A stretch of DNA of 62,586 bases, filler included, from Pseudomonadota bacterium (GTDB taxonomy: Bacteria; Bdellovibrionota_F; JAHFAK01; JBDREC01), in assembly GCA_043820105.1 (NCBI GenBank). It is 8 parts of 8 records of this genome, joined end to end, with 100 filler letters (N's around TTAATTAATTAA, not from the genome) between each part and the next. Parts side by side here need not be neighbours in the genome. Positions count along the whole stretch, not along the records: positions 1 to 4,174 come from JBDREC010000035.1; positions 4,275 to 10,591 come from JBDREC010000036.1; 6 more parts are not named here. One strand, written 5' to 3'. The position numbers and the translations under genes were made by a program. Positions 1 through 9,054 of this stretch are shown here, piece after piece (position 1 is the first letter of the stretch; each line of letters opens with the position of its first letter). The notes beneath the pieces were generated by a model. The model saw nothing but the letters and a program-made list of their open reading frames with translations, did not search any database and had not been told where the DNA came from.

Positions 1-41
1 ACAAGAGAACAAGGCGAGTTCAGGATCTCTTGGGCTGAAAT

Positions 42-118
42 TGGTATTCAGTATTCGGTATTTAGTATTCAGTTTCTTTTCCATACTGAATACTGTATAC
101 TGAATACCGAATACTAAA
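42..118. repeat. Inverted degenerate heptamer arrays (GTATTCA-type / TACTGAA-type) in pilin 5' leader
   Basis: ggtattc-agtattc-ggtattt-agtattc (about 42-72) followed by near reverse-complement tactgaa-tactgta-tactgaa-taccgaa-tact (about 86-118). Confidence 0.85.
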
Positions 119-165
119 TAGGCTAATAGCCCAATTATTAAAAACTTTTTCCAAAGGAGACCACA

Positions 166-681
166 ATGAAAAAGAAAGGCTTTACACTAGTCGAACTAAT
201 GATCGTAGTTGCCATCATCGGCATCTTGGCAGCAATCGCTATTCCGTCTTTTATGGCTTATATTAAGAAATCAAAAAAGTCTGAGCTCGCCATAATGGCA
301 AATGGAATTTTTTCCTGTGAAGCAGATTACAATATAGATAATGCCAAGTTTCATGGTGTTGCAACCGCAGTTCCAACAGAAGCTCCAAACGTATTAAGTG
401 GCAACAAACAACCAGGTTCTCAACAGGCTTTTATAAATGATACAAATGGTTTTGCAATAATAGGCTATGTCCCTGACCAAGATGTTTACACAGGAGTTAA
501 AATAGATTGTGTAAATGGTCCCCATGATCCAACTGAAACTTGTATGATATTATTATTCCAAGACCTTGATGATGATGGAACTGTAGGTAACTATACCTTG
601 TCAATCTGGAGAGATAAAATGGGTTCTGGAGATGCTAAAAAAGTAGGGGAATTAGCAGAAAACCCAGGAATGATAGATTAA
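166..681 (+). CDS. pilA: Type IV pilin (paralogue 1)
   Basis: Prepilin motif [33 protein letters not shown]. Confidence 0.9.
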   Translation: MKKKGFTLVELMIVVAIIGILAAIAIPSFMAYIKKSKKSELAIMANGIFSCEADYNIDNAKFHGVATAVPTEAPNVLSGNKQPGSQQAFINDTNGFAIIGYVPDQDVYTGVKIDCVNGPHDPTETCMILLFQDLDDDGTVGNYTLSIWRDKMGSGDAKKVGELAENPGMID

Positions 682-782
682 TTTATATTATTTAAATTAA
701 TCTTGAAAATACTTTTCAAAAAACACAAGACGAACTTGCACGGAAAGACAATGAGACAATGATATCAGAAAGATATCAAAAT

Positions 783-845
783 GGCTAACAGCCTTCCGCC
801 TTCAGCCCTCAGCTTCTTTTGCTGATTGTTGATTGCTGATAGCCC
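783..845. repeat. Inverted heptamer arrays (CAGCCTT-type / GCTGATT-type) upstream of pilin 2
   Basis: cagcctt-ccgcctt-cagccct-cagc ... gctgatt-gttgatt-gctgata-gcc. Confidence 0.75.
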
Positions 846-878
846 AATTTATTAATTTTTTTAAAAGAGGAGAACAAA

Positions 879-1376
879 ATGAAAAAAAAAGGCTTTACAC
901 TAGTTGAACTAATGATCGTTGTTGCCATTATCGGCATACTCGCAGCGATTGCGATTCCATCTTTTATGGCTTATATTAAGAAGTCAAAGAAGTCTGAAGT
1001 TGGTAGCTTGATAAATGGGATATTCGCAGCAGAGGCTGACTACAATATTGACAATGCAAAATTTCACAAAATTGGGACTGCTGTACCAACTAATAACGTT
1101 GGAACATTGGATGGGAATAAGCAACCTGGATCTCAGAATGATTTTGCAACTGACACAAATGGTTTTGCAATTATTGGATTTGTACCGGATCAAGATGTTT
1201 ATTCAGGTGCTGATGTTGACTCAACTGATGTTACTGAAGAAGCAAATGTAGGGATTTTTCAAGATTTAGACGATGATGGAACTTTAGCCATATATGCCCA
1301 AATTTTTAAAAGAGATAAAGCTGGTTCAGGAGATGCCTATAAAAGCGGAAGCCTATTGGTTGGACAGGAAGATTAG
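879..1376 (+). CDS. pilA: Type IV pilin (paralogue 2)
   Basis: First 40 aa identical to 166..681; conserved [28 protein letters not shown] blocks. Confidence 0.9.
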   Translation: MKKKGFTLVELMIVVAIIGILAAIAIPSFMAYIKKSKKSEVGSLINGIFAAEADYNIDNAKFHKIGTAVPTNNVGTLDGNKQPGSQNDFATDTNGFAIIGFVPDQDVYSGADVDSTDVTEEANVGIFQDLDDDGTLAIYAQIFKRDKAGSGDAYKSGSLLVGQED

Positions 1377-1541
1377 TTATTAAAAATACAGCTATCAGCA
1401 AGGAATGTTATGAATAGGAGCGCAAGGGAAAAGACGAAAGCGCAAGACGGATATTTGAAGTTGGTAGTCAATAAATAAATCTTTACTATTCATTAAAAAA
1501 CAGATCGAACTTATTTTTTAACTACCAGACAACCGTTATAC

Positions 1542-1806
1542 GTAAGCACCTAACAAACCCATCTTGCAAACCGTATTTTCATGTAACCATATCGCGGTGC
1601 TTTGATTTAAAATAGAATTTACCAAATTGTCTATGATAGCTAAAGAAGTGATTTTATTTTGTGAGGTAGTAAGGCTTCAATATCTTCCAAGGTCTTTGCC
1701 TTTGGAAGCTCTTCTAGTATCTTTCTGAAATATTCATTTACATCAAGATTATTGGCCTTTGCTGTTTGCATTATGCTGTAAATTGTTGCTGATGCTTATG
1801 GGCCAT
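1542..1806 (-). mobile_element. IS66-family remnant (TnpC C-terminus plus right end)
   Basis: Minus-strand translation GP*ASATIYSIMQTAKANNLDVNEYFRKILEELPKAKTLEDIEALLPHK matches the IS66 TnpC C-terminal pattern; GTAAGC-type terminus at 1542. Confidence 0.8.
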
Positions 1807-2209
1807 TTATTTGTCCTGGCTATTTATATTTAGCTTAGTGGAAATTATATGGTTTTTAGATTTATGCGCAAGAGGGGCTTGCAAGGTGCTTACTATATAA
1901 TTAAGAGTAGATGGACATGATTCTAAATTGTTTTCTAGTTCATTAAAATAAAATATTGTGTCGTAAGCTCCCTCCATATAAAGAGAATTCTCAAATAAAG
2001 ACCATAAAACATACCCAGAATTACCACTTATGCTTTCACAATATGAATGCTGAAGCCCTACAACTTCATTATTCAGAAAAAAGGAATTTTTATGTACTAC
2101 AAAGAATACAGTACGGAGGTAAAAACATTTTTGAAAATATCGCCGCAAAATTCTTGCCCCCCCCCCACTTTATTGAGTAATTACAAATTTAGGAATAAAC
2201 TTATTGAAA

Positions 2210-3091
2210 TTATTTAGAATTCAGCCTGAGTTTTATAAACTCACTATATTCAGGAAGGTGTTTTAATGTTTCGTGCATTGGCATCTCAGAATGGCATTGT
2301 ATGCATAAAGCTCGAAGCTTGTCGAAGGAATTGTCAGCCTTACTTGCTAAATGATGAACGTGTAAAAAATTTGGATGATTTTTTAATTCAATATTGCACT
2401 TTTCGCATATCCAGCTTTTAGATTCTCTATATTTTTTGGAGATTTCACGAAAATTCTCTGGATAGACATCAAGTGGTGCAGTGTTTTCCGAATAATTTGG
2501 ACTTGATATGAAGTTAACATTCTTATATTTTTTAAAGAAATCCTCTAACTTAAAAGCTTTAAAAATTTGGTCATTTTCTTTTTTCGTTTTTCTAACTATG
2601 TCGAAATCATTAAAGTTAAACTTATCAAGACAATATCTACACACATCTAAATGCTTATTATTATCAATTTCAATAACTTTTTTAGAGTCTCTATCAATAA
2701 TGTTTACCTTAAATTTGCCACTAGTTCTTCTGGATGCAACATATCTATAAAATCTGCCCCTTTTATTCATTTCATTTAAGGTTCTACAAAAGTTTAAATG
2801 GTATTTACGTGGTTTACTAATTCCTCTCTCATCGTAATATTTTTTGTCCACAGGCCAATCTCTGATGTAAACTAAGACTTTATGGCCATGATATTCAAAA
2901 GTTTCATCGTCAGTTACAAGGCTTAAAATATCTTCAACTTCTATACCATCTACAGACTGGAGCTTTTCATATATGTCTTTTGCACTTGCATAGTTCCACT
3001 TAGCTTTAATGTCCCAGAACTTATACTCTGCTTTCATTTCTTGTCTTAGTTTGTTGAATTTAGAACATAAACTGAAGTCTGGAAGCTTCAT
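2210..3091 (-). CDS. zorE: HNH nuclease, Zorya type II effector ZorE-like
   Basis: C-terminal CEKC...LHVHH...LCIQCH HNH motif; overlaps the MotB-like gene upstream by 4 bp. Confidence 0.8.
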   Translation of the reverse strand: MKLPDFSLCSKFNKLRQEMKAEYKFWDIKAKWNYASAKDIYEKLQSVDGIEVEDILSLVTDDETFEYHGHKVLVYIRDWPVDKKYYDERGISKPRKYHLNFCRTLNEMNKRGRFYRYVASRRTSGKFKVNIIDRDSKKVIEIDNNKHLDVCRYCLDKFNFNDFDIVRKTKKENDQIFKAFKLEDFFKKYKNVNFISSPNYSENTAPLDVYPENFREISKKYRESKSWICEKCNIELKNHPNFLHVHHLASKADNSFDKLRALCIQCHSEMPMHETLKHLPEYSEFIKLRLNSK

Positions 3092-3768
3092 AAAGATCTC
3101 GATGCAATTTTTTTAATTCTTTTCTCAGCATTTGTTTTGACCCGGAATTCAACTCTTCTAGACAGGGTTCTGTCTTCTATGTTTTCCTCATTATAAATAA
3201 CCTTGCTTGATGATAAACCATTTGCTGTTAAGTGTTTTTTTAGCCAAGCCTTTTTATTATCAATTTCATCTAGGTTCAAAACATATTTTAAAACACTTCT
3301 AGTTCTATCTTGTGATAATTTCATATTATAAAAATAAGCTTCATTTTCATCTTGGTTTTTTAAACCAGGACTTGAAGTGTGTCCCTCCACTCTAATCTCA
3401 TCAATTTCTTTTTTGAACTTATCTTTTGTAACGACCCTAATATATCTTGGAAAGAAATCCTTTAAAATATTTTGGAATTTATTATTCACATCACATTTCC
3501 CCCTATCAAACAATATGTCCGGCTCCTTAAATCTAATTGAAAGTGTATCTTCATCGATAATAGCTTTCCATTTTGGCAGATCATTTTTAAATTCCTTAGC
3601 TAAAGCTTCATAGATTTCATTTTGTATTTTTGTGTATGTTGTTGCTACCTCTTTAACTTTTATCATGTAGCTTATTGCTATAAATAAAAATACAATCATT
3701 AAGCCTGCCATTAAATCTGATACCGAAATCCAGTGACCTTCTTCTGATCGTTTATTCTGTAATTTCAC
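3088..3768 (-). CDS. zorB: Zorya ZorB (MotB/OmpA-like)
   Basis: WISVSDLMAGLMIVFLFIAI TM with conserved Asp; VEGHTSS, NMKLSQDRTRSV, SRRVEF OmpA-like motifs. Confidence 0.88.
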   Translation of the reverse strand: MKLQNKRSEEGHWISVSDLMAGLMIVFLFIAISYMIKVKEVATTYTKIQNEIYEALAKEFKNDLPKWKAIIDEDTLSIRFKEPDILFDRGKCDVNNKFQNILKDFFPRYIRVVTKDKFKKEIDEIRVEGHTSSPGLKNQDENEAYFYNMKLSQDRTRSVLKYVLNLDEIDNKKAWLKKHLTANGLSSSKVIYNEENIEDRTLSRRVEFRVKTNAEKRIKKIASRSL

Positions 3769-3774
3769 TATGTT

Positions 3775-4032
3775 CTACTCCACATTTTTAGCTATTTCTA
3801 ATACACGTTGAAGTTTATCTGTAAGAGGAGAATAGTCTTGCACAAATTTGTTTGATAGAGAAGTTAATTGTGAGCCCAAAGTTTGCAATGATTTTTCTAA
3901 TTCTTCACCCAAGGATTTATCAAGTTCAGTGATTTGTTTTGAAGTTCTTTCTATATTGCTAGATATTAATTTGTCAATTTGAGAATTGGCATTTGAAATG
4001 GATCTATTTATTTGTTCTAGCAATTGTGCTTG
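3775..4032 (-). pseudogene. zorA: ZorA C-terminal fragment, 5' part replaced by a transposon end
   Basis: ELDKSLGEELEKSLQTLGSQLTSLSNKFVQDYSPLTDKL resembles the type II ZorA tail; similarity stops at about 4032. Confidence 0.75.
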
Positions 4033-4174
4033 GGGGCGAAGGGTCAGGCCTTGACATTCGACAACAAATTCCCTTTTATGCAAAGTATTCTTTCCTTTAA
4101 TTCTTTTTCTTTCTCCATTTTCAAGACAAATCTATAAATACATTGAGCTACTGAAGCTTTATTACCTGTTTTTA
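4033..4174 (-). mobile_element. 3' end of a Y1 (IS200/RAYT-like) transposase element inserted in zorA
   Basis: Minus strand reads ENGEEKELKERILCIKGNLLSNVKA* followed by CCC (plus strand GGGTCAGGCCTTGACATTCGACA), resembling deltaproteobacterial Y1 transposase ends; runs into the contig edge. Confidence 0.55.
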
Positions 4175-4274
4175 NNNNNNNNNNNNNNNNNNNNNNNNNN
4201 NNNNNNNNNNNNNNNNNNTTAATTAATTAANNNNNNNNNNNNNNNNNNNNNNNNNNNNNNNNNNNNNNNNNNNN

Positions 4275-4321
4275 GCTTGTCCCCTCCCTAAAATTCAGGA
4301 GGGGACAAGCCCCTCCACTAC
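4275..4321 (-). repeat. GTAG-type REP doublet
   Basis: Minus strand GTAGTGGAGGGGCTTGTCCCCTCC-tgaattttag-GGAGGGGACAAGC; palindromic, downstream of preTA, at contig edge. Confidence 0.75.
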
Positions 4322-4323
4322 AT

Positions 4324-6822
4324 TTAATCTTCTTTTAATACTTTAAGCTCTTCTTCAGTTCTCTCTCTTAGATGTAAAGAACCTGAAAAGCACTTTAATG
4401 CACATATTCCACAACCAATGCATTTTGTTGCATCAGTAACTGGGATTTTGTCGTCATTTAATTCAATAGCTAAATATGGACAGCGAGAGCAGTTTCCGCA
4501 ATGTTCACAAAGTTCATCATTGACCTGTGAAATCTTTTTAACAGGTGATAGCTCCATAAAACCAGTAATCGGGCCGTTTTCTTTTTTTGAAATATTTATT
4601 AATTCAGCAATTGAATTGATTCCTCTTGTAGCCATTAAATAGGAAAGGCCTGATGAGATTTCATCAATTACTCCATAGCCATATTTTGTTGGTAAGGTGC
4701 AGAACTGAACATTCTTAACCCCAAGAGATAAGAAGTTCGCAGCTGCTTTATAGTCCATTGGTCCGCCATTTCCTGATATCGCTACTCCAAGATTTTGAAC
4801 AGATGCTAAGGATAAATAGGAAATTGGTAAAACTCCTTCTCCTGACATTCCAAATAAAATGCCTTCATCCCATGATTTTTTTGTACCAGGTCTAAAATCC
4901 ATTACAGGAAAAGTGTTGGCTAAAGTTATTCCTGCTTTTTTGTTTGGATATCTATCAAAAACTTCTTTTATTGCTTTAACAATAACAGCAATTGAAGTAA
5001 CAGCGCCAGTTAGTTTGAAAAATTTAGGAACTTCTGGGTCAGATACTTCCATAACCCAATCAACAATTTTTTGGGTTAGGGCCGCATTTTGTGAAACAAT
5101 GTCACCTTCTGTTCCATCACCACCCTGAGGGCAAGATAATGAATATTCAATTCCCATTGCTCCTGCTTCTTCTAATCTTTTTGTATTTCCCTGCCACCCA
5201 GCTTTATCCGATTCATCGTTTCCTGTAACTGGTCCGCCTGTAGATCCCATTGTCAATCTATCTGGATATTCTTTAACTAACATTTGGATTTCTTCTGTAA
5301 CTCTATTTAACAGGTGACCTGAAACATTGTCACAGTTTCCATAAGTCTTTTCATCAAATACATGCATGTATCTTTCTGGAATATGAATTGGGCCAGCTGA
5401 AAAACTTGTTTTCATGATTCCACCAGCCCAGCCAGCTTCATAGGCTTTTTTCATTTGTTCATAGCCGTCTGAAGGAGGGGCAGCTGAAAGTAAAAACGGA
5501 GAAATAATTTTTCTGCCAAAGAAATCTGTTTCTAATGAAACAGGTAATTTATTGAAACCAACTAATTCAGCATTTGATCTTTTGTGATCTTTAATTTCAG
5601 GCTTATCAAGTCCTTTTAAAAATGCTTCAACTTGCATTCCAGCATTTTTACCACTAGCTACTGCTTCAACCACTGTAGCTGGGCCTGTGAACATATCACC
5701 CGCGTAAAAAAGGCCTGGTTTTTCTTGCTTTGAAAATTCAGACCTGTTTCCAATGGCCATAATTATATAATCAAAATCAATTCTTGAAATCTCTGTTCCG
5801 GATTTTTCAATAATATTTTCTAAGGCAAATGTTGTTCCTTCTTTGAGGCCGACTTTAACTGTTTTTATGGCTGCTACCTTGCCTTCAGCTGAAATAATTT
5901 CTTTTATTTTGGTTCTTTGATTAAGTTCAATATTAAATTCCAAAAGTTCTGCTCTTTCAGCATTTGTTAGCGGCATTTCAGCGTAGCTTTCAAGAAAGAA
6001 AAGCTCTACGTTTTTAGCCCCAAGACGTTTTGCTTCTGTTGCGCAATCAATTGCAATAGCTCCACCACCGTAAACTGCAACATTGCCAGAGACACTTGGT
6101 TTTTTTGTTAAAAAGGCATTTCCATAAAATGCTTCAGCTTCTCCTGGCACTCCTGGTTTTATTGGAACATGTAGGCCACAAGAATTTATGACAGCATCAT
6201 ATTCTGATAGCAGGGAATCTTCATTTTCAACATTTGCTGCATTTTTAATATTGAAACCATCTATTGATTTCCAAAAATTAATATCTGAGTTTAAGACTTC
6301 TTTATCAAGTCTATGATCAGGAATAAGCCAGCAAGCACCACCTGCTTTTTCATTCTTTTCATATACATCTACAGTGAAGCCTTTTTGGACTAAGTAAGTA
6401 GCAGCTCCAAGTCCTGCTGGGCCTGCTCCAATTACAGCAACTTTTTTATCAAGCTTTTGGGCTTGCTTGAATTCTGGCATTACTCCTAGCTCTTTTGCTT
6501 TTTGAACTATCGTTGCTTGCACTGCTGGAATATTAACTGAACAGTCAAAATCTTTTCTAGAACATCCTGACATGCAGTGTGTATCTGGACAAGTTTGACC
6601 ACAAATTCCCCCAAGTGGATTGTTTTTATAAATTAAACCTGCAGCTCGCTTGTAATCAGAGGGATTACCCATTTTAGCGGCCATGATAAATTCAAATGGT
6701 GAACAGTCAACAGGACACTTTTCCTGACAACCCTTTTCCTTGCAGTATTCACATTTTATGATTTCAGTTTTTAGTTGGGCATCTGTTAAAAAGAGGCCTT
6801 TTTTGTTGAGTTTACTTTCCAT
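4324..6822 (-). CDS. Dihydropyrimidine dehydrogenase, single-chain PreT-PreA fusion
   Basis: N-terminal Fe-S region (CEYC..CQEKCP), GAGPAG FAD site, GGGAIAID, DHOD-like barrel with LSCPQ, C-terminal 2x[4Fe-4S] (CEHCGNC, CIGCGIC). Confidence 0.85.
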   Translation of the reverse strand: MESKLNKKGLFLTDAQLKTEIIKCEYCKEKGCQEKCPVDCSPFEFIMAAKMGNPSDYKRAAGLIYKNNPLGGICGQTCPDTHCMSGCSRKDFDCSVNIPAVQATIVQKAKELGVMPEFKQAQKLDKKVAVIGAGPAGLGAATYLVQKGFTVDVYEKNEKAGGACWLIPDHRLDKEVLNSDINFWKSIDGFNIKNAANVENEDSLLSEYDAVINSCGLHVPIKPGVPGEAEAFYGNAFLTKKPSVSGNVAVYGGGAIAIDCATEAKRLGAKNVELFFLESYAEMPLTNAERAELLEFNIELNQRTKIKEIISAEGKVAAIKTVKVGLKEGTTFALENIIEKSGTEISRIDFDYIIMAIGNRSEFSKQEKPGLFYAGDMFTGPATVVEAVASGKNAGMQVEAFLKGLDKPEIKDHKRSNAELVGFNKLPVSLETDFFGRKIISPFLLSAAPPSDGYEQMKKAYEAGWAGGIMKTSFSAGPIHIPERYMHVFDEKTYGNCDNVSGHLLNRVTEEIQMLVKEYPDRLTMGSTGGPVTGNDESDKAGWQGNTKRLEEAGAMGIEYSLSCPQGGDGTEGDIVSQNAALTQKIVDWVMEVSDPEVPKFFKLTGAVTSIAVIVKAIKEVFDRYPNKKAGITLANTFPVMDFRPGTKKSWDEGILFGMSGEGVLPISYLSLASVQNLGVAISGNGGPMDYKAAANFLSLGVKNVQFCTLPTKYGYGVIDEISSGLSYLMATRGINSIAELINISKKENGPITGFMELSPVKKISQVNDELCEHCGNCSRCPYLAIELNDDKIPVTDATKCIGCGICALKCFSGSLHLRERTEEELKVLKED

Positions 6823-6835
6823 TTAGACTCCTTGT

Positions 6836-6905
6836 TAAGGTGGTAAGCTGTAAGTGGTAAGCTGTAAGAGTTAGTACAGCGTACAGAGTACAGCGTACGG
6901 CGTAT
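6836..6905. repeat. Two adjacent heptamer arrays (GTAAG[TG/CT] and GTACAG[C/A]) directly upstream of the preTA RBS
   Basis: tggtaag-ctgtaag-tggtaag-ctgtaag then gtacagc-gtacaga-gtacagc-gtacggc-gta. Confidence 0.85.
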
Positions 6906-6935
6906 CGTCATCCTGAACTTGTTTCAGGATCCCCT
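6905..6935 (+). repeat. GTCAT-type REP-like palindrome
   Basis: TCGTCATCCTGA-acttgtt-TCAGGATCCC; inverted sibling at 10288-10317. Confidence 0.8.
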
Positions 6936-7132
6936 GTTTAAATTAGAGTTTTATTTAATGCAGATTTTGCTTAGCAAAAGAAAAATAAGGTGTCAAATTT
7001 ACAATTGGTGTGTATTCTAATGTATAATTAATGATCTATTGATTTCCATTTAGAGTGAGAGTTTAAATTCTTACAATTTGAATTAGATTTAATTAACGAT
7101 AACGAGCAAGTTAAGCAAAATAGGGATTTTAT

Positions 7133-7477
7133 ATGAGTAAAAAAATGAAAATTAAATTAAAATATCAACAACCTGTTTTATGTAACATGCAGATGAATGC
7201 TTATAATCTGTGTTACAGTGTTGGAAGTGGTGCTTCTACAGATCCCTCCTCTTGTGATTTAGGAAGTGGAATTGCAGACGTCTTTAATTGTCGAAATGGT
7301 TCTGGAGATTCTAGTGGTTGTGGTGCTGGAAATTCCCCATTTAATAACTGTGGAACAGGCTCAGTTCCTCCACCTTCTGGTGAATTTGATCCTGATGGAT
7401 GCTTGTCAGGTACTGGAAATCCAGGTTGTGGCACAGGGAATAGTCATTTGGATTGTATTAGTGGAAGCGGATTTTAA
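7133..7477 (+). CDS. Cys/Gly-rich CxxG-repeat RiPP-like precursor peptide
   Basis: Leader KYQQPVL (YxxP) followed by 7 CxxG motifs; similar to 12635..12898. Confidence 0.75.
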   Translation: MSKKMKIKLKYQQPVLCNMQMNAYNLCYSVGSGASTDPSSCDLGSGIADVFNCRNGSGDSSGCGAGNSPFNNCGTGSVPPPSGEFDPDGCLSGTGNPGCGTGNSHLDCISGSGF

Positions 7478-7500
7478 AGATTTTAATTAAACTAATCTTA

Positions 7501-8003
7501 TTAGGCCGTTACAATGCTACTTTCTTTATATGCATCCGCTTTGTCAGTATCTCTAAGAAATCTTAATTCCATTTTATCGCCTTCAGCATCTTCTTGTAAA
7601 TGACAATATTTCAAAAGTTGATTTGCAACTAGATTTTCAAATCTGTAACCTTTTTCCTCAACCAGTGACCAGTCCCATAAGTATAATTTTTGCTCTTTTT
7701 TTACTGCCCGAATTTTGGGTGATCCAAATGGAGGGATCCTATAACAAAAATACATTCTTTCTAATATTGTAATCCATCTCTCAATAGTGTAAGAGGAATT
7801 TCACCTTTAATTAATTTGTTCCTTGTTTGCAGGTTATCCCAATTTAAATAGGCAGGGTGATTTTCATCAAAAGTATTTAAAAGTCCAAGGGCAAAAGTTG
7901 TTTTCCCCACTTGGCCAGGACCTCCAATAAACACCATCTTTTCTTTTAAGTCAGGTGCGATTGGTTTTTTTTAATATCTTGATATTATTTTTGACTTTAA
8001 CAT
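7501..8003 (-). pseudogene. AAA_14/DUF4143 ATPase remnant with internal deletion
   Basis: 5' piece KMVFIGGPGQVGKTTFA...YLNWD (Walker A) joined to 3' piece KEQKLYLWDWS...FENLVA...FLRDTDK. Confidence 0.75.
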
Positions 8004-8158
8004 AATAACATCCATATAACTTAACTCATGGGTATAATTATATATACATTACTTTACTAATAAAGTCTAAATGTTTTTTTGGTTCTCATAATCTCAATAT
8101 TGACATATCACGAAGCATTTAGTAGCTTAAAGTAACACTTTTTAAAGGAGCTTAAAAG

Positions 8159-8449
8159 ATGACAAAACAAATGACAGAAGAACAAATTTATGAGGAAGCC
8201 CAAAAAAGGGTTAAAGACAGGCAACGTTTTTATAAAGGTCTTGCTACATATTTAGTTGTAAATACTGTACTAATAGTTGTTTGGGCTTTGTCTGGTCAGG
8301 GAGATATGTGGTTTCTATGGTCACTTGGTATATGGGGTGTCTTTGTCCTTGGTGATTATCTGCGTATCTTTGTTTTTAGAAAAAGATCTGATGTGCAAGC
8401 AATTGAGAAAGAGGTAGAAAAAATAAAAGAAGGACAGTCACATATATAG
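8159..8449 (+). CDS. 2TM-domain membrane protein
   Basis: YEEAQKRVK..FYKGLATYLVVN..WFLW..GIWG pattern; AGGAG RBS. Confidence 0.85.
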   Translation: MTKQMTEEQIYEEAQKRVKDRQRFYKGLATYLVVNTVLIVVWALSGQGDMWFLWSLGIWGVFVLGDYLRIFVFRKRSDVQAIEKEVEKIKEGQSHI

Positions 8450-8778
8450 AGAATACAAATCACCTTGAAAATGCAATCAGGTATCTTTACCAAAATCCAG
8501 TAAGAGCTAAAATTGTCGAGAATGTTTTCGACTATCCATATTCAAGTTTATCTTTTTATTTTGCTAACGGTAATAACGGACTTATGATTCATCCTGAATT
8601 TTATACTCAATAACTCATAAAACAAGGAATCCCAAGTCTTGACGCTTTTAAAAACCTTATTAAGGCAAACTTCAATGATAATGACACTAATATAATGAAT
8701 AAATGTTACACAAGACCCAAGTTCCGATTCACTGTTCGCGAATTGCAATCATTGCACTCAACTTGGGCTCCGCTATAG
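8446..8778 (+). pseudogene. RAYT/Y1 tyrosine transposase C-terminal remnant
   Basis: HLENAIRYLYQNPVRAKIVENVFDYPYSS matches the RAYT Y-x-x-x-NPV motif region; in-frame TAA at 8611; no start codon. Confidence 0.75.
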
Positions 8779-8843
8779 ATATCTTGATCTGGGACAAAGG
8801 CAATAATTTTAAAACCAGTTGTATCAGAAGCAAAAATGTTTGA
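8754..8843 (-). pseudogene. Start-less internal pilin fragment
   Basis: Translates SNIFASDTTGFKIIAFVPDQDIYSGAQVEC, versus pilin 2 [28 protein letters not shown]. Confidence 0.85.
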
Positions 8844-9054
8844 AAATAAAAAAAGATTCAATCTTTAACAATGGCTGCTATAAAAGCCCTTGTAAAAACT
8901 GAGAACATAATTATGTTTTTTGATACTTTAATAGACCATGATAGAGGATATAATCCACGATATGGATTGCTTGACAAAAGGTATAACCTAAATTCAAGGT
9001 AATCTGTCAAAGAATTTAGTATAAAAGAGCATCCAATTTTATTAAGGAATTGCC

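Noticed and set aside
4175-4274. N-runs with TTAATTAATTAA (seven occurrences)
   Set aside because: Artificial contig linkers with stops in all frames; ORFs containing X and cross-linker synteny are not biological.
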